Below are positions 10,001 to 18,900 of a stretch of DNA of 34,848 nt, piece after piece. The stretch lies in IMG/VR virus record IMGVR_UViG_3300008266_000656, positions 1 to 34,848 of that record. One strand, 5' to 3'. A program made the translations under genes and the position numbers. Every line of letters starts with the position of its first letter. Positions within the stretch are counted from its first letter, which is position 1. The notes beneath the pieces were generated by a model that was not told the DNA's origin, did no database searches, and saw only the letters and a program-made list of their open reading frames with translations. Source of the DNA: a virus (taxonomy: Duplodnaviria > Caudoviricetes).

Positions 10001-13000
10001 AACGGTAATGTTTGGATTAATTCAAAACAATTAACTGGCTCTTATGGGCTTACAGGTTCGTTAACAGCAACTACAATTAATACAACCTATTTAACAGCTA
10101 GTGGAAATAATTACCCAACTAATCCGGGTACATCAAGTTATTTTTTACAAACAGATGGTACTGGTAATTTAAGTTGGAATTATGTCAGATCAGTTTTGGA
10201 AAGTGTTAAAAATGTTGGAGCAACTACATTAATAAAAGGTACTCCTGTTTATGTAACTTCATCAGTTGGTAATACAGCCGAAGTAGTTAAAGCAGATGCT
10301 GCTAACCCTTTATTAATGCCTGCTACTTATATCTTAAATGAAACCTTAACAGCAGGCCAACAAGGTTTAGGCATAGTATTAGGATTTATAAACAATATTG
10401 ACACTTCAGCATTTAACGAAAGTGATCAAGTATATGTTAATGCAGGAGGAGGCTATACAAATGTACAACCAACAGGATCTGTACTAATACAACCTTTAGG
10501 TACAGTTGTTAGAGTAGATAACACCAATGGAAGTATAATGATTTCCAATACTGGTGTTACTAATAGCTTACCTAATATCAACCCAGGTTATGCTTGGGTT
10601 GGTAATAGTGATTGGTTACCTACAGCAACTGCAACTTCATCTTTTAGACCTTATATAGATAATATAGTAACAGTAGGACTATCAGGTAGTGCTACAAACT
10701 ATAATTCAATTAAGACAGCTGTAGATAGTATTACTGATGCTTCTGAAAATAATACCTACACAGTAAGAGTTTATCCTGGTATCTATATTGAAGATACAAT
10801 CACAGTTCCTTCTTGGGTAGCTGTAAAAGGTGATAGCTCAATATCAACTGTAGTTTCTGCTTCTAATCCAAGCCAAAGTATATTCATAATGAGTGACCAA
10901 TCTATGGTCATTGATATGCAAATACAAGGCTCAACCTACACTGGATCTTCAGCTGTATATTATTCTTCTCCAACTACACCTCAAAGAAATGCTATTGCAT
11001 ATGTTGAAAATGTTCGTTTTGGTACTAACTATACAAATGCAACTTGTGCTGGTTCTGGAAGTGGTAATTGTATATTACAGTGTTCTAATGTAAAATATGG
11101 TGGCTACACAGATAATACTTTACAAAAATCATTTGATATTGGTTTCCGTGTAACAGGTAGTGGGGGTAGTATTGGTAGAATGCAGTTACGTAACGTAACT
11201 TCTACTAATGGTGGTGTAGCAGGAACTGATAATAACCAAATATTTGCATTAGCAGATGCTCCTGGTTGTACGTTTATTGTTAACGGATGCTTGTTAACAA
11301 GAGCAACGGGTACTGCTAGAGGTACTGGATTTAAAGTATATAATGGAGGTTCACTTCGTTTAACAGGTGTTAACTTCCAAAGATGGATAAATGGTATATG
11401 GGCACCACAAACAGGATCTGCTCCTTCAATTGATGCTGTTGCACTTAACTTTGAAAACTGTACATATGATGTTTTAATTGAACACACAGGTTCAACTGGT
11501 AAAATATCTGGTACTGATACTTTCCTTAAAACTATTATCCCTGCTACTGCTTCTCTCTATGAAGTAGGTCAAGACCCAAGAAGAATAACTGTAGCTAAAA
11601 AAGGAGGTGATTTTACCTCTATTAGTGCCTCTGTTGCTTGGATTACAGATTCTTCAGCTGATAACAGATATATAATTGAAGTAGGCCCTGGCCAATTTAC
11701 AGAGAAAACAATTGATTTAACAGGTAAACCATATGTTAGTATTGTAGGTAGTAACATTCAAACTACCCAAATCTTCCCAAGCTCATCTGCTCAACACATT
11801 ATTAAGATGGGTATTAATAACGAAGTATCCTTCTTAAATTTAGCAAACGCTGGGTCTGGATACTCAGCCTTGTATATAGATGATATTGGAGATTTTGCAC
11901 AAGCACATAAAATATCTATATATGATTGTGATAGAGGTATAACTGTAGATGCAAACACAACTGATACTCAATTTTATGGTGAATACATTGATATAAACGG
12001 AACCTTTAGTTATGGTGTTTATGTATCATCTAGTAATGGAGCCTCATCGTATTGTAACTTAGAAAACTATTACTTATTCCCATCAGCAAGTGCTGCTATA
12101 GGTAATTATGCTGTAGGCCCTAGCTCCAGTTTAAATCTTTATACTTCACTATTTAAAGGTGATTCTACGGCTAACTCAATAGCTGTTAAACTAGAAAACG
12201 GTTCAACATTAGAAGCATCTGGTCTAGATATACAAGATTGGGACTATGGATATGTTGTTCCTAATATAGGTAATCCTCCATTATTTAGAATAGTAGGATC
12301 AATGATTCATGATTCTTCTACTTATGATTTTGATGTACAAAAAACAGGCACAGTAGGTAGATATCAAGGGGTATCTGATCACAGTAAGATAAACAATGTA
12401 AGTGAAGAATTCTATTGGAATTTCTTAGACGATACAGACGGTGAGAATGATGTTACACGTAAATTATCTGTAACTTTTGCTGACGGTACCCATACAGATG
12501 CTACAACCCTTATCTTTAACGGCTCACCAATGGGTGTTATATCAGGAGGTGAGATAACAATCTCTAGTAGTTTAACTGTCACTACAGCTGCTGGATTTGG
12601 TTATTTACATGACCCTATTAATCCTGAAGTATTTAAAAGATATGATTGGGTAGATGGTGATATAACTTTGTCTCCTAATACAAATAACTACATCTATATT
12701 AATAGCAATGGTGTATTATCAGCAGCTGGTACAACACCTAACAATGCAGAACATACAGCTAATAGATTATCTAAATTTAATAGAGAAGCCCTTGGACCTG
12801 TATTTGCTGATGGCTCTATAGTTACCGAAAAATCAGGGTCTGCCTTCAGATTAGACGTAACACAAGGTAACTATTATTTCTCAGAAAATAACTTCCTACC
12901 AGCAGGTACATCATCAATTAATTTGACACAATATTATCAAAGTGCTTCAGTTTGGGCTAGATATACTTCATCTGTAGTACCAAATAATGTATATGCTTCA

Positions 13001-14266
13001 GGCAGTGCTTTAGTAGCAATGTCTGCTTCATATTATACCAAACATACAGTTTATTTAGTAGGTGATGGAGCTGATGAAGAATATTTCTTAGTAATTAATA
13101 ACAACCAATATTCAAGTCTAGTATCTACAGAAAATGCTGATTTACCAACTATACCAACATATTTTAATGATGGTGTAGTGCCTCTCGCAGCTGTGTATGT
13201 CCAATCAGGCTCAGCTAATATAACTCAAATTCAAGATATCAGACCGATAATTGGTTTTAGAGCAGCTGGTGTAAACGCATCTTCTGTACACGGTAACCTC
13301 TTAGGTCTAAATGCTGATGATCACACACAATATCTTCGTGTTGATGGTTTTAGAGAAATGACTGGTGATCTTGGATTAGGTGGGAATGATATTTATAATG
13401 TTCTCTCATTATCAGGGTCAAGTGTTATAACTAACACTTTACAGATTAAAAACTTAACTTTAGATAATGCTCAAACTAGATTTGTAGTTACTGACACAAA
13501 CGGAAATACATTTTATAGAACATCTGGTGCTGATGGGAGTAGCGGAACATCAGGAAGTTCTGGATCATCAGGCACATCGGGCTCAAGTGGTACCTCAGGC
13601 TCATCAGGTACAAGTGGATCTAGTGGCACTAGTGGCTCAAGTGGAACAACAGGTTCAAGCGGTACAAGCGGTACCTCTGGTTCAAGCGGTACTTCTGGTT
13701 CAAGTGGAACAAGTGGTATTTCTGGCACAAGTGGTACTAGTGGCTCTTCAGGCACTAGTGGTTCAAGTGGAACAACAGGTACAACAGGCACTAGTGGTAC
13801 TTCCGGTACAGGCTTTAATACAATCAATAGCCCTGCTATTGGAAGAGTATTATTATCAGATGGCACAACCAATGCTGCTACTGCTTCTATTAGTATGAGC
13901 TTTGCAAGCGGTATCTTAAATGTAACTAGCTCAATAATAGCTACTAATTTTACCGGCTCATTATTAGGTACAGCTTCGTTTGCCGCTACAGCTTCATTTG
14001 CATTAAATGCAGGTGCTGCTGGATTAAGAACAAAAGCAGGATCAGTAGCACCAGGTTCTTTTGCAGGTAATCCTAGAAAAGCAACTGTAACATTTACTTC
14101 ATCTTTTGCAAATGCAAATTACGCAATTGTAGTAACAGGTGAAGATTCAAGAACATGGACTATAGAAAGTAAAGTATCAGGATCATTTATTATTAATGCC
14201 AACAGTAATGTAGCATTAGCAGGAACAACATATTGGATAGCAACAGCGTATGGGGAAACTAACTAA
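7049..14266 (+). CDS. Giant multidomain fibre/spike protein (2405 aa) with three Gly-Thr/Ser-Ser tracts and two beta-helix-like modules
   Basis: N-terminal LKLRRS..GKTP....FGEIALNTYDG fibre attachment motif, TGS shaft repeats, GTS/GSS tracts, two pectinesterase-like starts (YNSIKTAVDSI...VYPGIY; FTSISASV...VGPGQF), and an HGNLLGLNADDHTQY motif. Confidence 0.8.
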   Translation: MANQYLKLRRSSVPGKTPDTGSLDFGEIALNTYDGLAFMKKSGSNGEEIVTIGSTIGSFSGSFTGSLQGTASWAINALTASYVSNLPVIDNSRIVTGSITASVGVEFDKAFKVENNIPDPSGNTTLLLINQSGSVAINTGSFDPNNPETLLIISHDDTTYNLIVGRSNTDNYSQFNIKNQSSGSLASSDIVATNDIGNEDDYYVDLGINSSTYDNPFFVGSANDAYLYSKADDFYIGNAKTSQKLVLFNGGSDALTNAKLVLLDNNQHELTGSINITGDIYTPSISQNLSLSESIVAVDTTTGLFQYTNNISSASFALTASSADDFTVRGTLTAQTIHAQTITSSTEYVTGSTIFGSLLTDTHQFTGSVDITGSLIINGTSYTAATSGTSGTAGSAGTSGTAGSSGTAGSSGSSGTSGSSGTSGSSGTAGSSGTSGTSGSSGTSGSSGTSGSSGSSGTSGSSGSSGTSGSSGTSGSSGTSGSSGSSGTSGSSGTSGTAGSSGSSGTSGSSGTSGSSGTSGSSGTSGISGTSGLSGSSGTSGSSGSSGTSGTSGTGFDTINSPSQGRILLSDGTTNAATASSALIYNNNNFNISGSTTITGSLTVTDTITAQTLVVQTITSSVEFITGSTRFGSLLSNTHQFTGSVSITGSLSVKDLSLNNLATFVVVDQTTGQLYYNTAGAAGSSGTSGTTGTSGTSGTSGENGTNGTSGTSGTSGINGSSGTSGTAGTSGTSGTGFNTINNPAQGRVLLSDGSINAATASANLTYSGSALYITGSVYISGSLNYTSGSLNNVNYIDFNLNPGVASAIGRLKFDSGEGTLQLGLVGGNVIANIGEDLFQYVYNNTGTSLTKGQVVYISGSQGNRIAVKLASAAAEQGSANTLGFVAETIAAGNEGWVQTEGTLRGLDTTGLIGGKLIFLSSSAGQYTQTPPVAPNHGVRLGYAERIDNNVGSIYIKIDNGYELGELHDVVDSTTTSSYGDLFIKNGNVWINSKQLTGSYGLTGSLTATTINTTYLTASGNNYPTNPGTSSYFLQTDGTGNLSWNYVRSVLESVKNVGATTLIKGTPVYVTSSVGNTAEVVKADAANPLLMPATYILNETLTAGQQGLGIVLGFINNIDTSAFNESDQVYVNAGGGYTNVQPTGSVLIQPLGTVVRVDNTNGSIMISNTGVTNSLPNINPGYAWVGNSDWLPTATATSSFRPYIDNIVTVGLSGSATNYNSIKTAVDSITDASENNTYTVRVYPGIYIEDTITVPSWVAVKGDSSISTVVSASNPSQSIFIMSDQSMVIDMQIQGSTYTGSSAVYYSSPTTPQRNAIAYVENVRFGTNYTNATCAGSGSGNCILQCSNVKYGGYTDNTLQKSFDIGFRVTGSGGSIGRMQLRNVTSTNGGVAGTDNNQIFALADAPGCTFIVNGCLLTRATGTARGTGFKVYNGGSLRLTGVNFQRWINGIWAPQTGSAPSIDAVALNFENCTYDVLIEHTGSTGKISGTDTFLKTIIPATASLYEVGQDPRRITVAKKGGDFTSISASVAWITDSSADNRYIIEVGPGQFTEKTIDLTGKPYVSIVGSNIQTTQIFPSSSAQHIIKMGINNEVSFLNLANAGSGYSALYIDDIGDFAQAHKISIYDCDRGITVDANTTDTQFYGEYIDINGTFSYGVYVSSSNGASSYCNLENYYLFPSASAAIGNYAVGPSSSLNLYTSLFKGDSTANSIAVKLENGSTLEASGLDIQDWDYGYVVPNIGNPPLFRIVGSMIHDSSTYDFDVQKTGTVGRYQGVSDHSKINNVSEEFYWNFLDDTDGENDVTRKLSVTFADGTHTDATTLIFNGSPMGVISGGEITISSSLTVTTAAGFGYLHDPINPEVFKRYDWVDGDITLSPNTNNYIYINSNGVLSAAGTTPNNAEHTANRLSKFNREALGPVFADGSIVTEKSGSAFRLDVTQGNYYFSENNFLPAGTSSINLTQYYQSASVWARYTSSVVPNNVYASGSALVAMSASYYTKHTVYLVGDGADEEYFLVINNNQYSSLVSTENADLPTIPTYFNDGVVPLAAVYVQSGSANITQIQDIRPIIGFRAAGVNASSVHGNLLGLNADDHTQYLRVDGFREMTGDLGLGGNDIYNVLSLSGSSVITNTLQIKNLTLDNAQTRFVVTDTNGNTFYRTSGADGSSGTSGSSGSSGTSGSSGTSGSSGTSGSSGTSGSSGTTGSSGTSGTSGSSGTSGSSGTSGISGTSGTSGSSGTSGSSGTTGTTGTSGTSGTGFNTINSPAIGRVLLSDGTTNAATASISMSFASGILNVTSSIIATNFTGSLLGTASFAATASFALNAGAAGLRTKAGSVAPGSFAGNPRKATVTFTSSFANANYAIVVTGEDSRTWTIESKVSGSFIINANSNVALAGTTYWIATAYGETN
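8206..8712 (+). repeat. Gly-X-X (GTS/GSS/GTA) coding tandem repeat, block 1
   Basis: About 56 consecutive 9-nt units with varied synonymous codons. Confidence 0.95.
9085..9256 (+). repeat. Gly-X-X coding tandem repeat, block 2
   Basis: [12 protein letters not shown]...GENGTNGTS...GTG tract. Confidence 0.9.
13526..13813 (+). repeat. Gly-X-X coding tandem repeat, block 3
   Basis: GADGSSGTSGSS...[15 protein letters not shown] tract. Confidence 0.9.
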
Positions 14267-14282
14267 ATATTTATATTAGATT

Positions 14283-15962
14283 ATGCCAATATTTTATACA
14301 GATTCAGGTAGTTTTAACGATTTAAGTGTTACAGGAAGTGCTTTTATAAGTAGCTCTTTAACTGTAGGAAATTCTATTACAGCACAAACTCTTGTCGTAC
14401 AAACAATTACATCATCAATTGATTTTGTAACTGGATCTACTCGTTTTGGTAGTCTGTTAAGTAATACACACCAATTTACTGGATCTGTAAATATAACTGG
14501 TTCTCTCACTATAAATGGAACTTCATTTACTACTGCTACTAGTGGAACTAGCGGCACAGCCGGCTCAAGCGGTACCACAGGCACAAGTGGAACTGCTGGA
14601 AGCTCAGGTACTACAGGCTCTTCTGGTACAGCTGGTTCAAGTGGTACTACAGGCACAAGTGGCACTAGTGGCTCTACAGGTACTAGTGGTTCAAGTGGCA
14701 CTAGTGGTTTTACAGGTACAAGTGGTTCAAGCGGTACAACAGGTTTAAGCGGCACGTCTGGTTCAAGTGGTACTACAGGCACAAGTGGTACTAGTGGAAC
14801 CAGCGGCCAAACAGGTACTAGTGGTACATCAGGCCAAAACGGTACAAGTGGTACAAGTGGCTTATCAGGCACAAGTGGTAGCTCAGGAACCTCCGGCAAT
14901 TCAGGTACAAGTGGTTCAAGCGGTACAACAGGTTCAAGCGGCACGTCTGGTCAAACTGGTTCAAGCGGTACATCTGGTCAAACTGGTTCTAGTGGTACAA
15001 GTGGTACAAGTGGACAAAGTGGTTCTAGTGGTACAAGTGGTCAAACGGGTAGTAGTGGTACTAGTGGCCAAACAGGCACAAGCGGTACTAGCGGAATAAC
15101 AGGTACTAGTGGTACCAGCGGATTAACAGGCACAAGCGGTACTAGCGGATTAACAGGCACAAGCGGTACTAGCGGAATAACAGGCACAAGTGGTACATCT
15201 GGTCAGGGTACAAGCGGCACTAGCGGTCAAACAGGTACTAGTGGCACTAGCGGATTAACAGGTACTAGTGGTACTAGCGGAATAACAGGCACAAGTGGCA
15301 CTAGTGGATTAACAGGCACAAGTGGCACTAGTGGATTAACAGGTACAAGCGGTACATCTGGTCAGGGTACTAGTGGTACTAGTGGCCAAGGCACAAGCGG
15401 CACCAGTGGATTAACAGGTACAAGTGGCACCAGTGGGTTAACAGGTACAAGCGGTACCTCTGGTCAAAATGGTACTAGTGGTACTAGTGGCCAAACAGGC
15501 ACAAGCGGTACTAGCGGAATAACAGGCACAAGCGGTACTAGCGGAATAACAGGCACAAGCGGTACAGGCGGTACCAGTGGTCAAACGGGTAGTAGTGGTA
15601 CTAGTGGTATAAGTGGTGGTTTTACTAGTTTTTCTAAATCGATTGTTATAATTAATAATAGCCTGGTTGCTCAATCCGATACTGGTTCATTTGTTGGCTG
15701 GAGAGCCCCCTTTACTTGCACTGCCAGTCTAGTAGCAGGATTTAGAGATAGTGGATCTGGTTTAGTAGTAAATGCATTTAAAAATACTGCTGCAACTGCC
15801 CTATTAGCTTCAAATCTTTCTGTTAATATAACCGGATCTTGGGTATCAAGCTCAACATTACAAAATACAAATTTTAATATAGGAGATACGCTATATTTTA
15901 ATATAGTAAACTTTACTGGTTCTTTAACAGAAATAGGTGTACAGGTAGACTTTATAAAATAA
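14283..15962 (+). CDS. Collagen-like (Gly-Thr-Ser)n fibre protein (559 aa) with C-terminal globular domain
   Basis: N-terminal module shared with the 2405-aa protein, about 360 aa of Gly-X-X, then a ~110 aa beta-rich tip (GWRAPFTCT...FNIGDTLYF). Confidence 0.8.
   Translation: MPIFYTDSGSFNDLSVTGSAFISSSLTVGNSITAQTLVVQTITSSIDFVTGSTRFGSLLSNTHQFTGSVNITGSLTINGTSFTTATSGTSGTAGSSGTTGTSGTAGSSGTTGSSGTAGSSGTTGTSGTSGSTGTSGSSGTSGFTGTSGSSGTTGLSGTSGSSGTTGTSGTSGTSGQTGTSGTSGQNGTSGTSGLSGTSGSSGTSGNSGTSGSSGTTGSSGTSGQTGSSGTSGQTGSSGTSGTSGQSGSSGTSGQTGSSGTSGQTGTSGTSGITGTSGTSGLTGTSGTSGLTGTSGTSGITGTSGTSGQGTSGTSGQTGTSGTSGLTGTSGTSGITGTSGTSGLTGTSGTSGLTGTSGTSGQGTSGTSGQGTSGTSGLTGTSGTSGLTGTSGTSGQNGTSGTSGQTGTSGTSGITGTSGTSGITGTSGTGGTSGQTGSSGTSGISGGFTSFSKSIVIINNSLVAQSDTGSFVGWRAPFTCTASLVAGFRDSGSGLVVNAFKNTAATALLASNLSVNITGSWVSSSTLQNTNFNIGDTLYFNIVNFTGSLTEIGVQVDFIK
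14540..15620 (+). repeat. Gly-X-X coding tandem repeat, block 4 (longest)
   Basis: Roughly 120 triplets. The 3' half is built from 27-nt higher-order units (G[LIQ]T-GTS-GTS) with three GQG register breaks. Confidence 0.95.
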
Positions 15963-15975
15963 TTATAATTAAGTT

Positions 15976-18900
15976 ATGGCAATATCATACTCAGGATCTT
16001 TTGCAGCAGCTAACAATAAAGTAGCAGGTACCTCTCTTTTATTTACTTCTACTAAAAATATCCCTTCAGGAAGTCTAGCAATAATATTTGTAGGAATAGA
16101 CAACCCAGGAACAGGTAATAATACAAACTTTATTACTAGTGTAACAGATAATGGAGCTGCATATAACTTTTTACAAGGTAATGGATTCAATAATACAGTA
16201 AGGACTATAGCAACACAATCTGATGGTAAAATATTAGTTGGTGGTGATTTTTCTGCTTATGATGGGCAATTTATTAACTATATTGCTCGTTTACATACAA
16301 ACGGGATTTTAGATACTAGTTTTACTCCACCACAAAATATAAATGGGCCTGTATTTAAAATAATTATACAACCTAATGAAACAGGATCTATTTTAACTAA
16401 TGGTGTTTTTTCTGTTGGTCCTTCTCCAAATATTTCAAGAGTATCAGATGGTGGAGGTGCTACTGGAGATAGTCAAAATGCTGCTTTACTTGCTGGAGGA
16501 AGTACTGGAAGTGGTGCACTTAGCTGTACTGAAGAATTTAATGGATCTACCTGGATAAATGGAGGAAGTATGATTAATGCTAGAGGCAATCCTTCACTTA
16601 CTGGTACTCAAAATGCTGCTTTAGCAGGAGGATTTGACTCCATTGTAAATCGCTTTACTGAGGAATACGATGGTACTACTTGGGCTGCTGGAGGACTTAC
16701 AATTGGTGATAATATACGAGGAGGAATAGGAGGCACGGTAAATGCTGCTGTAGCACAAATAAGTTATAGTCCTACCAATATACAAGAATATGATGGTACT
16801 TCTTGGACAGCAGCAAATCCTATGAGCACTCTTAGAAATAGTTCCATAGTTGGTACTCAAAATGCCGCTTTAGCACCAGGTGGTATTCAAGATGCTACTA
16901 CTCTGGCTGTAACTGCTACAGAAGAATATAATGGAACTACCTGGGCAGGTGGAGGATCCCTACCCATTAGTACATATAATAATCTATCAGTTGGAATTCA
17001 AAATAATGCTTTAACTATAGGAGGACAAAATGAATTTTCTGTTCAGCGCACTAATAGTTCTTTATATAATGGCACTGTTTGGACAACAGATTCTACTATA
17101 ATTGGGAGCGGCATTGGTGGTAGTAACCAAGGATCTGGTACTAGTAATTTAGCTTTATTTGTCAATGGTGATAAGTTTCTTGCAGGTTCATGCACTGTTT
17201 TAGAATATAACGCTACAAATGTATGCCTTGACACTTCAGAAAAAATAATAGCTGCAGGATCTTTTACAGGAGGTGCTGCCCGTATGGATCTAAATGGTAA
17301 TATAGATGTATCATTTAATTGTGGCTCAGCATTTAATAATACTGTATGTACCGTAATTATACAAGATGTTACAGAATATACAGCTAGTATTAATAATATA
17401 TGGACAGCTGGAGGTGCTATGATTACTGCAAGACATGCCTTAGCAGGAGCTGGTACTCAAAATGCAACTGTAGCTTTTGGAGGAAATATTGTTAATACTA
17501 CAGGAAGATGTACTGAAGAATACGATGGTACTACTTGGTCATCAAGTAATAATTTAATTAATGGTCTATTTTATCCTGGAGGAGCTGGTACTCAAAATGC
17601 TGCTTTAGCTTTTGGAGGGTCTTCAGGATCATTTATATTATCATGTACCGAGGAATACGATGGTACTACTTGGATAGCAGGAGGATCAATGGGAAATGCT
17701 TCAGCTTGCTTAGCAGGAGCTGGTACTCAAAATGCTGCTTTAGCTTTTGGAGGACAATCAGGATCACTTTTATCATGTACCGAGGAATACGATGGTACTA
17801 CTTGGACAGCAGGAGGAAGTTTAAACACTGCTAGATGTACTTTGGCAGGAGCTGGTACTCAAAATGCTGCTTTAGCTTTTGGAGGAATTTGTACTATTTC
17901 TCCTACTATAGTCACTCCTTTCACTGAAATATATGATGGTACTACTTGGACTTTTGCAGATAGTTTAAATAATGCAAGATGGGCATTAGCAGGAGCTGGT
18001 ACTCAAAATGCTGCTTTAGCTTTTGGAGGAGCTTCAGGACCAATATTATCATGTACAGAACAATATAATGGTACTGTTTGGGAAGGTAGTTTACCTTTAA
18101 TTAATACAAAATATCTAACCGCTGGAGGCACTGGTACCCAAAATTGCGCTTTGTCTTTTGGAGGACTCTCAGGAACATCATTATCATGTACTGAAGAATA
18201 TGGTACTTTTCAAAATACTTATACTACTAAAATTATATTTGGTGGTCTTTTTACTAGCTATAGTGGTTCTACTTCTAATGGTATTGCTCGCATTAATGGA
18301 AATGGAACATTAGATACTTCATTTAATACAGGCGCTGGTTTTAGCACTGCTGATGTAAGAAACTACCAGTTCTATAGTTCATCAACATGCTTATTAGCAG
18401 TAGGTAATTTCACCTCTTATTCAGGTTCAGCTCGTAACAGGATTGCTCTTCTTAATGCAACTAATGGTACCCTTATTCCTACTTCTTCATTTAATATAGG
18501 AGCCGGATTTAATTCTGCTGTTAACGATCTAGCTGTTCAATCTGATAATAAAATAGTAGCTGTAGGAGCCTTTACAACATATTCAGGCTCAAATGTAAAT
18601 CGTATTGCACGTATTAATACTACAGGATTAATAGATTCTGGATCAACTTTCAATACAGGGGCTGGATTAAATAATACAGGAAGTGTTGTAAAATACTATA
18701 CATCTGGCTCTACTGATGTTATACTAATTGGAGGTATCTTTACTACCTATTCAGGATCAACCCAAAGTGGTTCTGTTCGAATATTACCTAGTGGCTCTAG
18801 AGATACTGACTTTAATATAGGCTCTGGTTTTGGCACAACAATAGGTGCTAATGATTATTTGATTCGGCCTGATGGGAAAATAATAGCAATAGGAGGATTT

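Noticed and set aside
12720-12790. Possible internal deletion in the giant fibre around GTTPNNAEHTANR
   Set aside because: This is only an impression of an abrupt transition, and no reference homolog is available to support it.
8181-15674. Alternative-frame and antisense ORFs over the GTS tracts (e.g. 8191-8721, 13513-13872, 14294-14944 on -, PEVPLV-rich; 8181-8648 on +, VLVVQ-rich)
   Set aside because: These are shadows of the Gly-X-X repeat, whose codons give few stops in other frames. They have no independent start signals or domain content.
17440-18205. Possible CRISPR array or diversity-generating retroelement TR/VR pair
   Set aside because: The repeats are in-frame protein blades with long coding spacers. 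No reverse transcriptase or cas gene is present, and no adenine-specific mismatch pattern is evident.
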